This document shows, in pieces, positions 9,528 through 15,631 of a stretch of 64,000 bases of DNA. Below the pieces are notes generated by a model, which saw only the letters and a list, made by a program, of their open reading frames with translations, was not told the origin of the DNA and searched no databases. A program made the position numbers and the translations under genes. Origin of the DNA: an uncultured virus (IMG/VR IMGVR_UViG_3300048839_001435) (lineage: Duplodnaviria > Heunggongvirae > Uroviricota > Caudoviricetes); the IMG/VR virus record IMGVR_UViG_3300048839_001435, one strand, 5' to 3'. Position 1 is the first letter of the stretch; each line of letters starts with the position of its first letter.

Positions 9528-9920
9528 ATGGCTAGTCGCGAGTACCACAGGAAGTACATGAAGACGCGGTACCACGCACGTCGGGCGCTAGCTGAGCGCC
9601 TGCTCGGCGGAGCTTGCGCACACTGTGGTGCCACTGAAGAGCTGGAAATCGACCATATCGATGCCCGCGCGAAAACCATGTCGACAACGCGCATGACGGC
9701 AGTGTCAGAAGAACGGTTTCTGGCTGAGCTGAGTAAGTGCCAATTGCTGTGCCGTCCATGCCACAGCGACAAGAGCATCAAAGATCACGGCCACAATAAA
9801 GCCAAGGGAGAACACGGGACACGCTCGTCTTACCGCTACTGTCGTTGTGATGCTTGTCGACAAGCTCAGGCCCAGTACAACAAAAAATACTACAGATCGC
9901 GTTTGGAGCTGAAGAGGTGA
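9528..9920 (+). CDS. HNH endonuclease
   Basis: CAHCG...LEIDHID...CQLLCRPCH, C-terminal HGT..Y..CRC..C; lower GC than flanks. Confidence 0.85.
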   Translation: MASREYHRKYMKTRYHARRALAERLLGGACAHCGATEELEIDHIDARAKTMSTTRMTAVSEERFLAELSKCQLLCRPCHSDKSIKDHGHNKAKGEHGTRSSYRYCRCDACRQAQAQYNKKYYRSRLELKR

Positions 9921-9987
9921 AGTGGTCGCCTACCTGTTTTGAACGCAGGGTGCCGTAACGGGCCGGGTTCGAATCCTATCAGCTCCG
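9905..9987 (+). tRNA. tRNA-Ser(TGA), weak T-stem
   Basis: GGAGCTG/CAGCTCC-G73, loop TT-TGA-AC, variable arm. Confidence 0.8.
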
Positions 9988-9992
9988 CATCT

Positions 9993-10078
9993 GGAGTGTG
10001 CACGTCAGGTGGCTGACGACCCGTTTGGAAGACGGTGTGGCCCCGCAAGGGGCCGCAGTTCGACTCTGCCGCACTCCG
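9993..10078 (+). tRNA. tRNA-Ser(GGA)
   Basis: Loop TT-GGA-AG, variable arm GGCCCC-GCAA-GGGGCC, G73. Confidence 0.85.
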
Positions 10079-10092
10079 CGTGACTGAACGAT

Positions 10093-10183
10093 GGAAGACG
10101 TAGTGGCCAGGGTGCCACCGCCGTTTCGAATGCGGCTGAGTCGGGATAGCATCTCGGCTGGGGGTCGGGACCTCCGTCTTCCG
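10093..10183 (+). tRNA. tRNA-Ser(CGA), non-canonical T-loop
   Basis: GGAAGAC/GTCTTCC-G, GCCGT-TT-CGA-AT-GCGGC, long variable arm. Confidence 0.8.
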
Positions 10184-10192
10184 CGCTAGCTT

Positions 10193-10264
10193 GGGTCCAT
10201 GGCTCAATGGGAGAGCATCCGCCTTGCACGCGGAGGGTTGGGAGTTCGAATCTCCCTGGATCCA
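10193..10264 (+). tRNA. tRNA-Ala(TGC)
   Basis: G3:U70, TCCGC-CT-TGC-AC-GCGGA. Confidence 0.93.
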
Positions 10265-10280
10265 CGATACACTGCCTGAC

Positions 10281-10595
10281 ATGTCCAAGCCGAGCTGCAG
10301 GCGGTTCTCCGACCAAGGCCAAGCGCTTACCGCGTTCCGTACCGCAGCGGCGAAGTTCGGCCGAGCGCTGCGCCAGGCGAAGGTCTGGGCTGAGGCAGGG
10401 AGTACGCGCAAGGCGCGTGATCATCAGCTGAAGGCCGACCGGGCACTCAAGAACGCGGACGTCGCCTTGATGTGTGCGGGCGAGCTGTTCACCGATGTCG
10501 GATATGATCGCCAAGGGCGCATCTACAGGCGATACGAAGATGGCCTCGAACAGATGCAGAACAAATACAAGCGCGTCGTCAAGACGCTCTACTGA
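10281..10595 (+). CDS. Hypothetical protein within the tRNA array
   Basis: ORF fills the spacer between two tRNAs. Confidence 0.6.
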   Translation: MSKPSCRRFSDQGQALTAFRTAAAKFGRALRQAKVWAEAGSTRKARDHQLKADRALKNADVALMCAGELFTDVGYDRQGRIYRRYEDGLEQMQNKYKRVVKTLY

Positions 10596-10600
10596 TGCCT

Positions 10601-10689
10601 GGAAACGCTGTGGGCGCCGGTGCCCCACACCGGTTTGCTAAACCGGCGGCCTGAAAGATGGTCTGGGAGTTCGACTCTCCCCGTTTCCG
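10601..10689 (+). tRNA. tRNA-Ser(GCT)
   Basis: CCGGT-TT-GCT-AA-ACCGG, variable arm, G73. Confidence 0.9.
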
Positions 10690-10693
10690 CGAC

Positions 10694-10765
10694 GGGTCCA
10701 TGGCTCAACGGGAGAGCGCTGCGATCGCACCGCAGAGATTGAGGGTTCGATTCCCTCTGGATCCA
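10694..10765 (+). tRNA. tRNA-Ala(CGC)
   Basis: G3:U70, CTGCG-AT-CGC-AC-CGCAG. Confidence 0.92.
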
Positions 10766-10771
10766 CGACAC

Positions 10772-10844
10772 CGGGGTGGTGGCGCGTTGGTGCGCTGCTC
10801 GGTTTGGAACCGAGAGTTGGCAGGTTCGACTCCTGTCACCCCGA
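10772..10844 (+). tRNA. tRNA-Pro(TGG)
   Basis: CGGGGTG/CACCCCG-A, CTCGG-TT-TGG-AA-CCGAG. Confidence 0.9.
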
Positions 10845-10852
10845 CGAAGATT

Positions 10853-10924
10853 GCAGGTGTAGCTCAGTGGTAGAGCGTCGCGTTGCCAACGCGAAGATCG
10901 TGGGTTCGATCCCCATCGCCTGCT
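10853..10924 (+). tRNA. tRNA-Gly(GCC)
   Basis: TCGCG-TT-GCC-AA-CGCGA, U73. Confidence 0.94.
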
Positions 10925-10930
10925 CGACAT

Positions 10931-11001
10931 GCCGACGTAGCACAGTGGCAGTGCGGTGAGCTTGTACCTCACTGGTATCGGTTCGACTCCGATCGTCGGC
11001 T
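10931..11001 (+). tRNA. tRNA-Thr(TGT)
   Basis: GTGAG-CT-TGT-AC-CTCAC. Confidence 0.92.
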
Positions 11002-11008
11002 CTAGTCC

Positions 11009-11082
11009 GCCCCGTAGGTGTCAACTGGCTGCACGCTCGTTTCGTAAGCGAGAGGCACGCGGTTCAAGTCCGCGACGGGGCT
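11009..11082 (+). tRNA. tRNA-Thr(CGT)
   Basis: CTCGT-TT-CGT-AA-GCGAG. Confidence 0.92.
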
Positions 11083-11087
11083 CCCAT

Positions 11088-11160
11088 GTTCCAGTAGCTC
11101 AATGGTCAGAGCGGCGGCCTGTTAGACCGCGGGTTGGGGGTTCGAGTCCCTCCTGGAACG
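11088..11160 (+). tRNA. tRNA-Asn(GTT)
   Basis: GTTCCAG/CTGGAAC-G73, loop CT-GTT-AG. Confidence 0.9.
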
Positions 11161-11161
11161 C

Positions 11162-11245
11162 TGCAGAGTGGCCGAATGGCGAAGGCACGCGGCTGTTTCC
11201 CGCGCGGAGTTACTCCCATTGCAGGTTCGAATCCTGCCTCTGCAG
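11162..11245 (+). tRNA. tRNA with GTT (Asn) anticodon on a class II long-variable-arm body
   Basis: TGCAGAG/CTCTGCA-G73, CGCGG-CT-GTT-TC-CCGCG, variable arm GGAG-TTA-CTCC. Confidence 0.85.
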
Positions 11246-11251
11246 CTTCAC

Positions 11252-11322
11252 GCGTGCCTGGTGTAGTGGTCGCACGGCTGGCTTCCACCCAGTCGGAAGG
11301 GGTTCGAGTCCCCTGGCACGCT
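11252..11322 (+). tRNA. tRNA-Gly(TCC)
   Basis: GCTGG-CT-TCC-AC-CCAGT, U73. Confidence 0.92.
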
Positions 11323-11343
11323 CCGCGGTGATACAGTCGACGC

Positions 11344-11538
11344 ATGCGCGATCCAGCTCGCATCGACTGGGTAGTTCGAGTGCTCGCGGAAGCCTGGCGG
11401 ACCTCGCCCGATCTTCGGCTGGGTCAGCTGGTCCACGCGGTCGCCGAGTACAACGACGAAGACGACGTCATCGTCGACCGCCTGCTCGCGTTTCTGCCAC
11501 CGGCGATTCGGCTCCAGCTTTTGCTGGGTCCTCGGTGA
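11344..11538 (+). CDS. Small conserved phage protein (DUF1040/YihD-like)
   Basis: MRDPARID....L..AW...PDLRLGQLV motif; TACAGT -10 box 6 nt upstream. Confidence 0.7.
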   Translation: MRDPARIDWVVRVLAEAWRTSPDLRLGQLVHAVAEYNDEDDVIVDRLLAFLPPAIRLQLLLGPR

Positions 11539-11540
11539 AG

Positions 11541-11611
11541 GGGCTGCCTAGGTTCACGTAGAGCCGCGACAACTGATGTCGAGGACCCGGTTCGACTCCG
11601 GGGGCAGTTCG
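11541..11611 (+). tRNA. Atypical tRNA-like gene, anticodon ambiguous (CTG in loop AA-CTG-AT)
   Basis: GGGCTGCC/GGCAGTTC 8 bp, D-arm GGTTC-ACGTA-GAGCC, perfect T-arm. Confidence 0.65.
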
Positions 11612-11616
11612 AGTTT

Positions 11617-11688
11617 GGCCTTGTCGTACAGCGGCAAGTACGCCGGTCTCTCACGCCGGAAACGAGGGTTCGATTCCCTCCAAGGTCA
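11617..11688 (+). tRNA. tRNA-Glu(CTC)
   Basis: CCGGT-CT-CTC-AC-GCCGG. Confidence 0.92.
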
Positions 11689-11704
11689 CCGTAACGTATG
11701 TCAT

Positions 11705-11782
11705 ACCTCTGTAGCTCAGTGGATTAGAGCGCCTGGCTACGAACCAGGAGGATCGCAGGTTCGAGTCCTGCCAGGGGTACCA
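11705..11782 (+). tRNA. tRNA-Arg(ACG)
   Basis: CCTGG-CT-ACG-AA-CCAGG, CCA. Confidence 0.94.
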
Positions 11783-11783
11783 A

Positions 11784-11855
11784 GGGTTGCGCGCTGGGGC
11801 GCGGGACGGTCTCCAAAACCGACCTTGCAGGGTTCGATTCCCTGGTGGCCCGCCA
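11784..11855 (+). tRNA. tRNA-Trp(CCA), minimal D-arm
   Basis: CGGT-CT-CCA-AA-ACCG, G73-CCA. Confidence 0.85.
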
Positions 11856-11856
11856 T

Positions 11857-11926
11857 CGCAGTACGCCTAGGATGGCCCGCGGGTTTCATACGCCTGTCGG
11901 CGACGGTTCGATTCCGTCTACTGCGA
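11857..11926 (+). tRNA. tRNA(CAT), elongator Met or Ile2, minimal D-arm
   Basis: CGCAGTA/TACTGCG-A, GCGGGT-TT-CAT-AC-GCCTGT. Confidence 0.8.
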
Positions 11927-11934
11927 CCGCGAAT

Positions 11935-12002
11935 GCCGAGGCCGCTGGGCGGGGACGGCTCTTACAAAGCTGTCCGGCAGGGTCCGATTCCCTGACTCGG
12001 TA
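11935..12002 (+). tRNA. tRNA-Val(TAC), minimal D-arm, extended anticodon stem
   Basis: GACGGCT-CT-TAC-AA-AGCTGTC; T-loop TCCGATT. Confidence 0.8.
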
Positions 12003-12005
12003 CGA

Positions 12006-12077
12006 CGGGGTGTAGCGAAGTGGTATCGCGCCGCGTTCGGGACGCGGAGACCGGAGGTTCGATCCCTCTCACCCCGA
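12006..12077 (+). tRNA. tRNA-Pro(CGG)
   Basis: CCGCG-TT-CGG-GA-CGCGG. Confidence 0.94.
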
Positions 12078-12083
12078 CGAGAC

Positions 12084-12158
12084 TGGTCTGTAGCTCAACG
12101 GTAGAGCACTCGGCCGATAACCGAGCGATGCGCGGTTCGATTCCGCCCAGACCAACCA
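12084..12158 (+). tRNA. tRNA-Ile(GAT), C at position 33
   Basis: CTCGG-CC-GAT-AA-CCGAG, CCA. Confidence 0.9.
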
Positions 12159-12159
12159 T

Positions 12160-12232
12160 GGTGGCTATGATGTAGTGGTCTGCATGGCAGAATGTGAATC
12201 TGCAAGTGTCGGTTCGATCCCGACTAGCCACC
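12160..12232 (+). tRNA. tRNA-His(GTG)
   Basis: G-1:C73, GCAGA-AT-GTG-AA-TCTGC. Confidence 0.93.
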
Positions 12233-12250
12233 CCGTGATAGGCTCGACGT

Positions 12251-12742
12251 ATGCGGCTCATGCTCCTGACCTCGGTCCTGGTCGTCGCGGCGCCGGCGTG
12301 CGGCGACAACACGTGGCCGGCGTTGCCGCGGGTCGTGTTGACCTTCGACGACTGGGGCCCCGAGATCGCTGAGGACGCCGAGGTCTGGGAGCAGATCGGC
12401 TTCGACGTGGTCACGGACGACCCGGGGCAGCAGCCCGTCTGCGCGCAGCGCTGGTACGACTACGAGTGGGACGGCTGCGAGATCCGGGTCAGGATCAAGG
12501 CAGCTTCCCAGCTCGACAACGGCGCCGTCGGACGCGCGCTCCGCGGCCTCGGCGAGATCTGGATCCTCGACACAACTCAGCGCCCTGGGCTCGTCCTCGC
12601 GCACGAGCTGGGGCACATCGTGCTCAACACCGGCGAGCACGTCGACGAGGGCCTGATGTCGGCGACGACGGTCAGCATCACGTTCGAGCTGACCGACGAA
12701 GACCTGGCCTTGGCATGCAAAGCAGCCGGCATCGGCTGCTAG
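12251..12742 (+). CDS. Lipoprotein zinc metallopeptidase (matrixin-like)
   Basis: Lipobox APAC-GDN; LAHELGHIV...H...LM Met-turn; TAGGCT -10 box 6 nt upstream. Confidence 0.8.
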   Translation: MRLMLLTSVLVVAAPACGDNTWPALPRVVLTFDDWGPEIAEDAEVWEQIGFDVVTDDPGQQPVCAQRWYDYEWDGCEIRVRIKAASQLDNGAVGRALRGLGEIWILDTTQRPGLVLAHELGHIVLNTGEHVDEGLMSATTVSITFELTDEDLALACKAAGIGC

Positions 12743-12746
12743 AGAT

Positions 12747-12818
12747 CAGCTCGTAGTGGAGTGGCACCACGCCGGTCTGGGGGACCGGAAGTCGCAGGTT
12801 CAATTCCTGCCGAGCTGA
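12747..12818 (+). tRNA. tRNA-Pro(GGG)
   Basis: CCGGT-CT-GGG-GG-ACCGG. Confidence 0.92.
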
Positions 12819-12825
12819 CCGAGTA

Positions 12826-12923
12826 GAGACGGGCGAAGGGCTTACGGGCGACGGCCCGTCCTGGGGGTGCGATTCCCCTCCCTGGAAGAGCAGGAACAAG
12901 GGGTTCGAATCCCCGCCGTCTCG
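12826..12923 (+). tRNA. Atypical class II tRNA-like gene with enlarged D region, loop TG-CGA-TT
   Basis: GAGACGG/CCGTCTC-G, GGGG-TTCGAAT-CCCC, hairpin ACGGGC-GACG-GCCCGT, variable arm CCTG/CAGG. Confidence 0.6.
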
Positions 12924-12949
12924 GAGGGCTTCAGGGGGCCCACTCACTA

Positions 12950-13023
12950 GGGAACGTAGCCCAGCGGAAGGAGGCGCAGGTCTCAGAAGCCTGACAGGGT
13001 CGGTTCGAATCCGACCGTTCCCA
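12950..13023 (+). tRNA. tRNA-Leu(CAG), short variable loop
   Basis: CAGGT-CT-CAG-AA-GCCTG, A73. Confidence 0.9.
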
Positions 13024-13030
13024 CGATCTC

Positions 13031-13104
13031 GGGTTGGTAGTCCAATGGAAGGAGACGCAGTGTTGAGGGCACTGACAGTGCGGGTTCGACTCCCGCCCAA
13101 CCCA
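13031..13104 (+). tRNA. tRNA-Leu(GAG), short variable loop
   Basis: CAGTG-TT-GAG-GG-CACTG, A73. Confidence 0.9.
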
Positions 13105-13110
13105 CGAAAT

Positions 13111-13183
13111 GGCGTCGTAGCCCAGCGGCAGAGGCACTCGGCTTAGAACCGAGCAAGCGTGAGTTCGACCCTCACCGGCGCCA
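13111..13183 (+). tRNA. tRNA-Leu(TAG), short variable loop
   Basis: CTCGG-CT-TAG-AA-CCGAG, A73. Confidence 0.9.
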
Positions 13184-13191
13184 CTTTTCTC

Positions 13192-13264
13192 GCCGACGTA
13201 GTCCAGTGGAAGAGACAGCCGCCTCAAGATCGGCTCAGGGTGGGTTCGAATCCCGCCGTCGGCA
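13192..13264 (+). tRNA. tRNA-Leu(CAA), short variable loop
   Basis: GCCG-C-CT-CAA-GA-T-CGGC, A73. Confidence 0.88.
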
Positions 13265-13304
13265 CGTGTAGACTCGACAAGCAGACCACAGGAGCAACGA
13301 CGTC

Positions 13305-13835
13305 ATGGAGGCTCGAACACTTCTTCTCGACCAGAGCTACACCCCGATCCAGGTGATCCCCTGGCAGCGCGCGTTGACCTTGTTCTTCCAGAACAAGGTA
13401 GAGGTCGTCAGCGAGTACGACGGCTTCGCGCGGTCGCCGACGGTGATCATCAAGATCCCCGCCGTCGTCCGGCTCATCGGCGCGTTCCGCCGGCAGCGCA
13501 AGGCCGTGAAGTTCTCGCGCATCAACATCTACGCGCGTGACGACTTCCGGTGCCAGTTCTGCGCGACGAAGCTGCCCGCGGCCGAGCTGACCTACGACCA
13601 CGTCGTGCCGCGTGCGCAGGGCGGCAAGACGACGTGGACGAACATCGTGACCGCGTGCGAGCCGTGCAACCGGCGCAAGGGCAACAAGACGCCGGCGCAG
13701 GCGGGCATGAAGCTCCGCAAGGAGCCACGTCAGCCCAAGGCGCTCAGCGCGCTGGCGCTCAACATCAACCCCAAGTCGAGCCCGGAAGAGTGGCGGTCGT
13801 TCCTGTACTGGAACGCCGAACTCGACCAGGACTGA
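13305..13835 (+). CDS. HNH endonuclease (HNH_5/McrA-like)
   Basis: RBS AGGAG; FSRINIYARDDFRCQFC...LTYDHVVPRAQGG.T.W.NIV.AC..CNRRKG. Confidence 0.92.
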   Translation: MEARTLLLDQSYTPIQVIPWQRALTLFFQNKVEVVSEYDGFARSPTVIIKIPAVVRLIGAFRRQRKAVKFSRINIYARDDFRCQFCATKLPAAELTYDHVVPRAQGGKTTWTNIVTACEPCNRRKGNKTPAQAGMKLRKEPRQPKALSALALNINPKSSPEEWRSFLYWNAELDQD

Positions 13836-13844
13836 TTCCACCCC

Positions 13845-13874
13845 GCCGTCCGAGGAGGTAGCGCCTCGGGCGGC
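13845..13874 (+). other. Strong GC hairpin after the HNH gene (processing or termination signal)
   Basis: GCCGTCCGAGG-8 nt-CCTCGGGCGGC; no U-tract. Confidence 0.5.
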
Positions 13875-13879
13875 ACCCT

Positions 13880-13952
13880 GCACTCAAGTCTCCCTGGTGG
13901 GAGTGCCTGACTGTCTATCAGGATCTGGCGGGTTCGATTCCCGTTGGGTGCG
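13880..13952 (+). tRNA. tRNA-Asp(GTC)
   Basis: CCTGA-CT-GTC-TA-TCAGG, G73. Confidence 0.88.
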
Positions 13953-13958
13953 CTTCAC

Positions 13959-14032
13959 GCCCACTAAGTTTCCGCGGCTCGGAACGCGGCGCTGGTATCG
14001 CCGAGGGTGCGGTTCGACCCCGCAAGTGGGCT
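13959..14032 (+). tRNA. tRNA-Thr(GGT)
   Basis: CGGCG-CT-GGT-AT-CGCCG. Confidence 0.9.
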
Positions 14033-14092
14033 CTCAGAAACAAGAATATCCCGAACCGGTGCGAACCGTAAGCTGAGTGGCATCAAACGTAC

Positions 14093-14167
14093 TCGGGCGT
14101 AGTTCAATGGTAGAACGCTGCTCTTTGAAAGCAGATGTTGGACGTTCGAATCGTTCCGTCCGAACCA
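14093..14167 (+). tRNA. tRNA-Gln(TTG)
   Basis: CTGCT-CT-TTG-AA-AGCAG, CCA. Confidence 0.93.
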
Positions 14168-14313
14168 TCCACGAAAGGTAACTTCGATGCAGTCCTGCGA
14201 CAGTACGTGTTCATGGTGCGCCCGGGACTTCTGGCGCTGGGTCGCCAGCCGGATGTACAGCATGGCGCGCGGCGGCGAGAGCAGCTTCGCCGCGGCGGCC
14301 GTCGGCTCTGTTC

Positions 14314-14385
14314 GACCTCGTAGCCAAGCCGGGAAGGCAGCGGTCTGCAACACCGCCAGCGTCGGTTCGACTCCGACCGAGGTCT
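14314..14385 (+). tRNA. tRNA-Cys(GCA)
   Basis: GCGGT-CT-GCA-AC-ACCGC, U73. Confidence 0.93.
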
Positions 14386-14387
14386 CG

Positions 14388-14950
14388 ATGCGCAAGATCA
14401 AGATCGCCACAGACCTGTCCGATCCGCCGCCGCTGACCCCGGAGATCAGCGCCGAGCTGGCGCGCCAAGGGCAGCAAGCCCAAGATGCCTACCTCAAGGC
14501 GACGGCCCACATGGAGCAGCTGACCTTCGAGGATCTCTACAGGCCGATCCGCTGAGCGTCATACGCCCGTGGTACGGTGCCGCGTATGGCATGGGACAGT
14601 CCTCCACCACTCAGTCTCGCCGAGGTCGACCGGCGACTCGATCAACGCATCGCCGATCTCACCGCGGCGCTTCAGCTCGTGAAGAAGCAGCGCGAGTGCG
14701 CGCACCACTTCACCGAGGAGCGCTCCACGAACCTCGGAGGTGAGCGCGAGGTCTCGGTCACGTGTCTGGTGTGCGGCTTCGTGTGGTACTGATGGCCGAC
14801 GAACTCTCGAAGAAGATCAAGCTCGTCATTGACGATCCAGAGACGCGCGCTATCTGGGAGAGCGTCAAGCGTGCGGCGGCAGAGGTCAAGTCCTGGCCCG
14901 CGTGGAAGCGCGGTGAGTGTCCTTGCTGCCGCTTCGAATACCTCGCCTGA
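14388..14950 (+). other. Three small hypothetical ORFs (14388-14555, about 14586-14792, 14792-14950)
   Basis: Coupled ORFs; CxH...CxxC and CPCC motifs. Confidence 0.55.
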
Positions 14951-14953
14951 TTC

Positions 14954-15024
14954 GGCTCGACTGCTGGATTGCAGACCTGGACCTTCTAAGTCCGCGGTGC
15001 GGGGTTCGATTCCTCGTCGAGCTA
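14954..15024 (+). tRNA. tRNA-Arg(TCT), minimal D-arm
   Basis: TGGAC-CT-TCT-AA-GTCCG; D-arm CTGC-TGGATT-GCAG directly after the acceptor stem. Confidence 0.85.
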
Positions 15025-15330
15025 CTTGAGCCGCGGGCAGCCGGCGGCGGGGCTCCACGCCCACGCGATCAGCGCCAAATGCCGTCGAGTCGGGCGGCCT
15101 CGACGGTCGTAGAGGCCCTCACCGCCGCGCCGGCGCTGCGCCTCGTGGCGGGCGATGAAGCCGTCACGGCGGCGGCGCCAGTACGGCGACAGCTTGCTGG
15201 CCTTGCCGCCAGCCTTCTTGTAGGCCGTCAGGAAGCCGCGAGGTGACCGCGCGACCTCGGAGACGCCCTGCGCGCGCATCGCGGGCACGTGGCGTTGGAT
15301 GCAGTCCAGGCTGAGATACCGCCGGCTCAT
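15022..15330 (-). CDS. Small basic conserved hypothetical protein, antisense within the tRNA array
   Basis: ATG at 15330 with TACGCT -10 box 6 nt upstream; GVSEVARSPRGFL..Y and PTRRHLALIAWAWSP motifs. Confidence 0.75.
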   Translation of the reverse strand: MSRRYLSLDCIQRHVPAMRAQGVSEVARSPRGFLTAYKKAGGKASKLSPYWRRRRDGFIARHEAQRRRGGEGLYDRRGRPTRRHLALIAWAWSPAAGCPRLK

Positions 15331-15351
15331 GCGTCTAGCGTACCAGGGTTT

Positions 15352-15425
15352 GCTCCCGTATCGGCCTCGTTTCCTAAACGAGCGTACCGTAGTGGACGAC
15401 GCAGGTTCGAGTCCTGCCGGGAGCA
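15352..15425 (+). tRNA. tRNA-Arg(CCT) lacking a D-arm, with long variable arm
   Basis: GCTCCCG/CGGGAGC-A; 7-nt connector; CTCGT-TT-CCT-AA-ACGAG; perfect T-arm. Confidence 0.85.
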
Positions 15426-15441
15426 CTTCGTCGTCAGCTAC

Positions 15442-15513
15442 GCGACCGTCGTCCAGTGGATAGGACACAAGCCTCCGAAGCCTGAAACGCAGGTTCGAGT
15501 CCTGCCGGTCGCA
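15442..15513 (+). tRNA. tRNA-Arg(CCG)
   Basis: Loop CT-CCG-AA, A20 in D-loop. Confidence 0.9.
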
Positions 15514-15517
15514 CTCC

Positions 15518-15594
15518 GCGCTGTTCGTCTAGAGGTTCAGGACCCCGGATTTTCACTCCGGGTGGCAGGGGTTCAAATCCCCTACAGCGCACCA
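15518..15594 (+). tRNA. tRNA-Glu(TTC)
   Basis: CCGGA-TT-TTC-AC-TCCGG, CCA. Confidence 0.93.
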
Positions 15595-15631
15595 AGACAA
15601 CGTCATACGGCCGTGACATAGTCGGCGGGTC

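Noticed and set aside
11541..12923. Suppressor, Pyl or Sec tRNA and stop-codon recoding
   Set aside because: No CTA, TTA or TCA anticodon found; TAG, TGA and TAA all end well-supported genes
8717..13356. Many ORF-track calls across the tRNA array
   Set aside because: They overlap tRNA genes and lack RBS or codon bias
8387..15594. CRISPR-like periodicity of GGTTCGA repeats
   Set aside because: These are tRNA T-loops within full cloverleaves; there are no identical repeats with unique spacers
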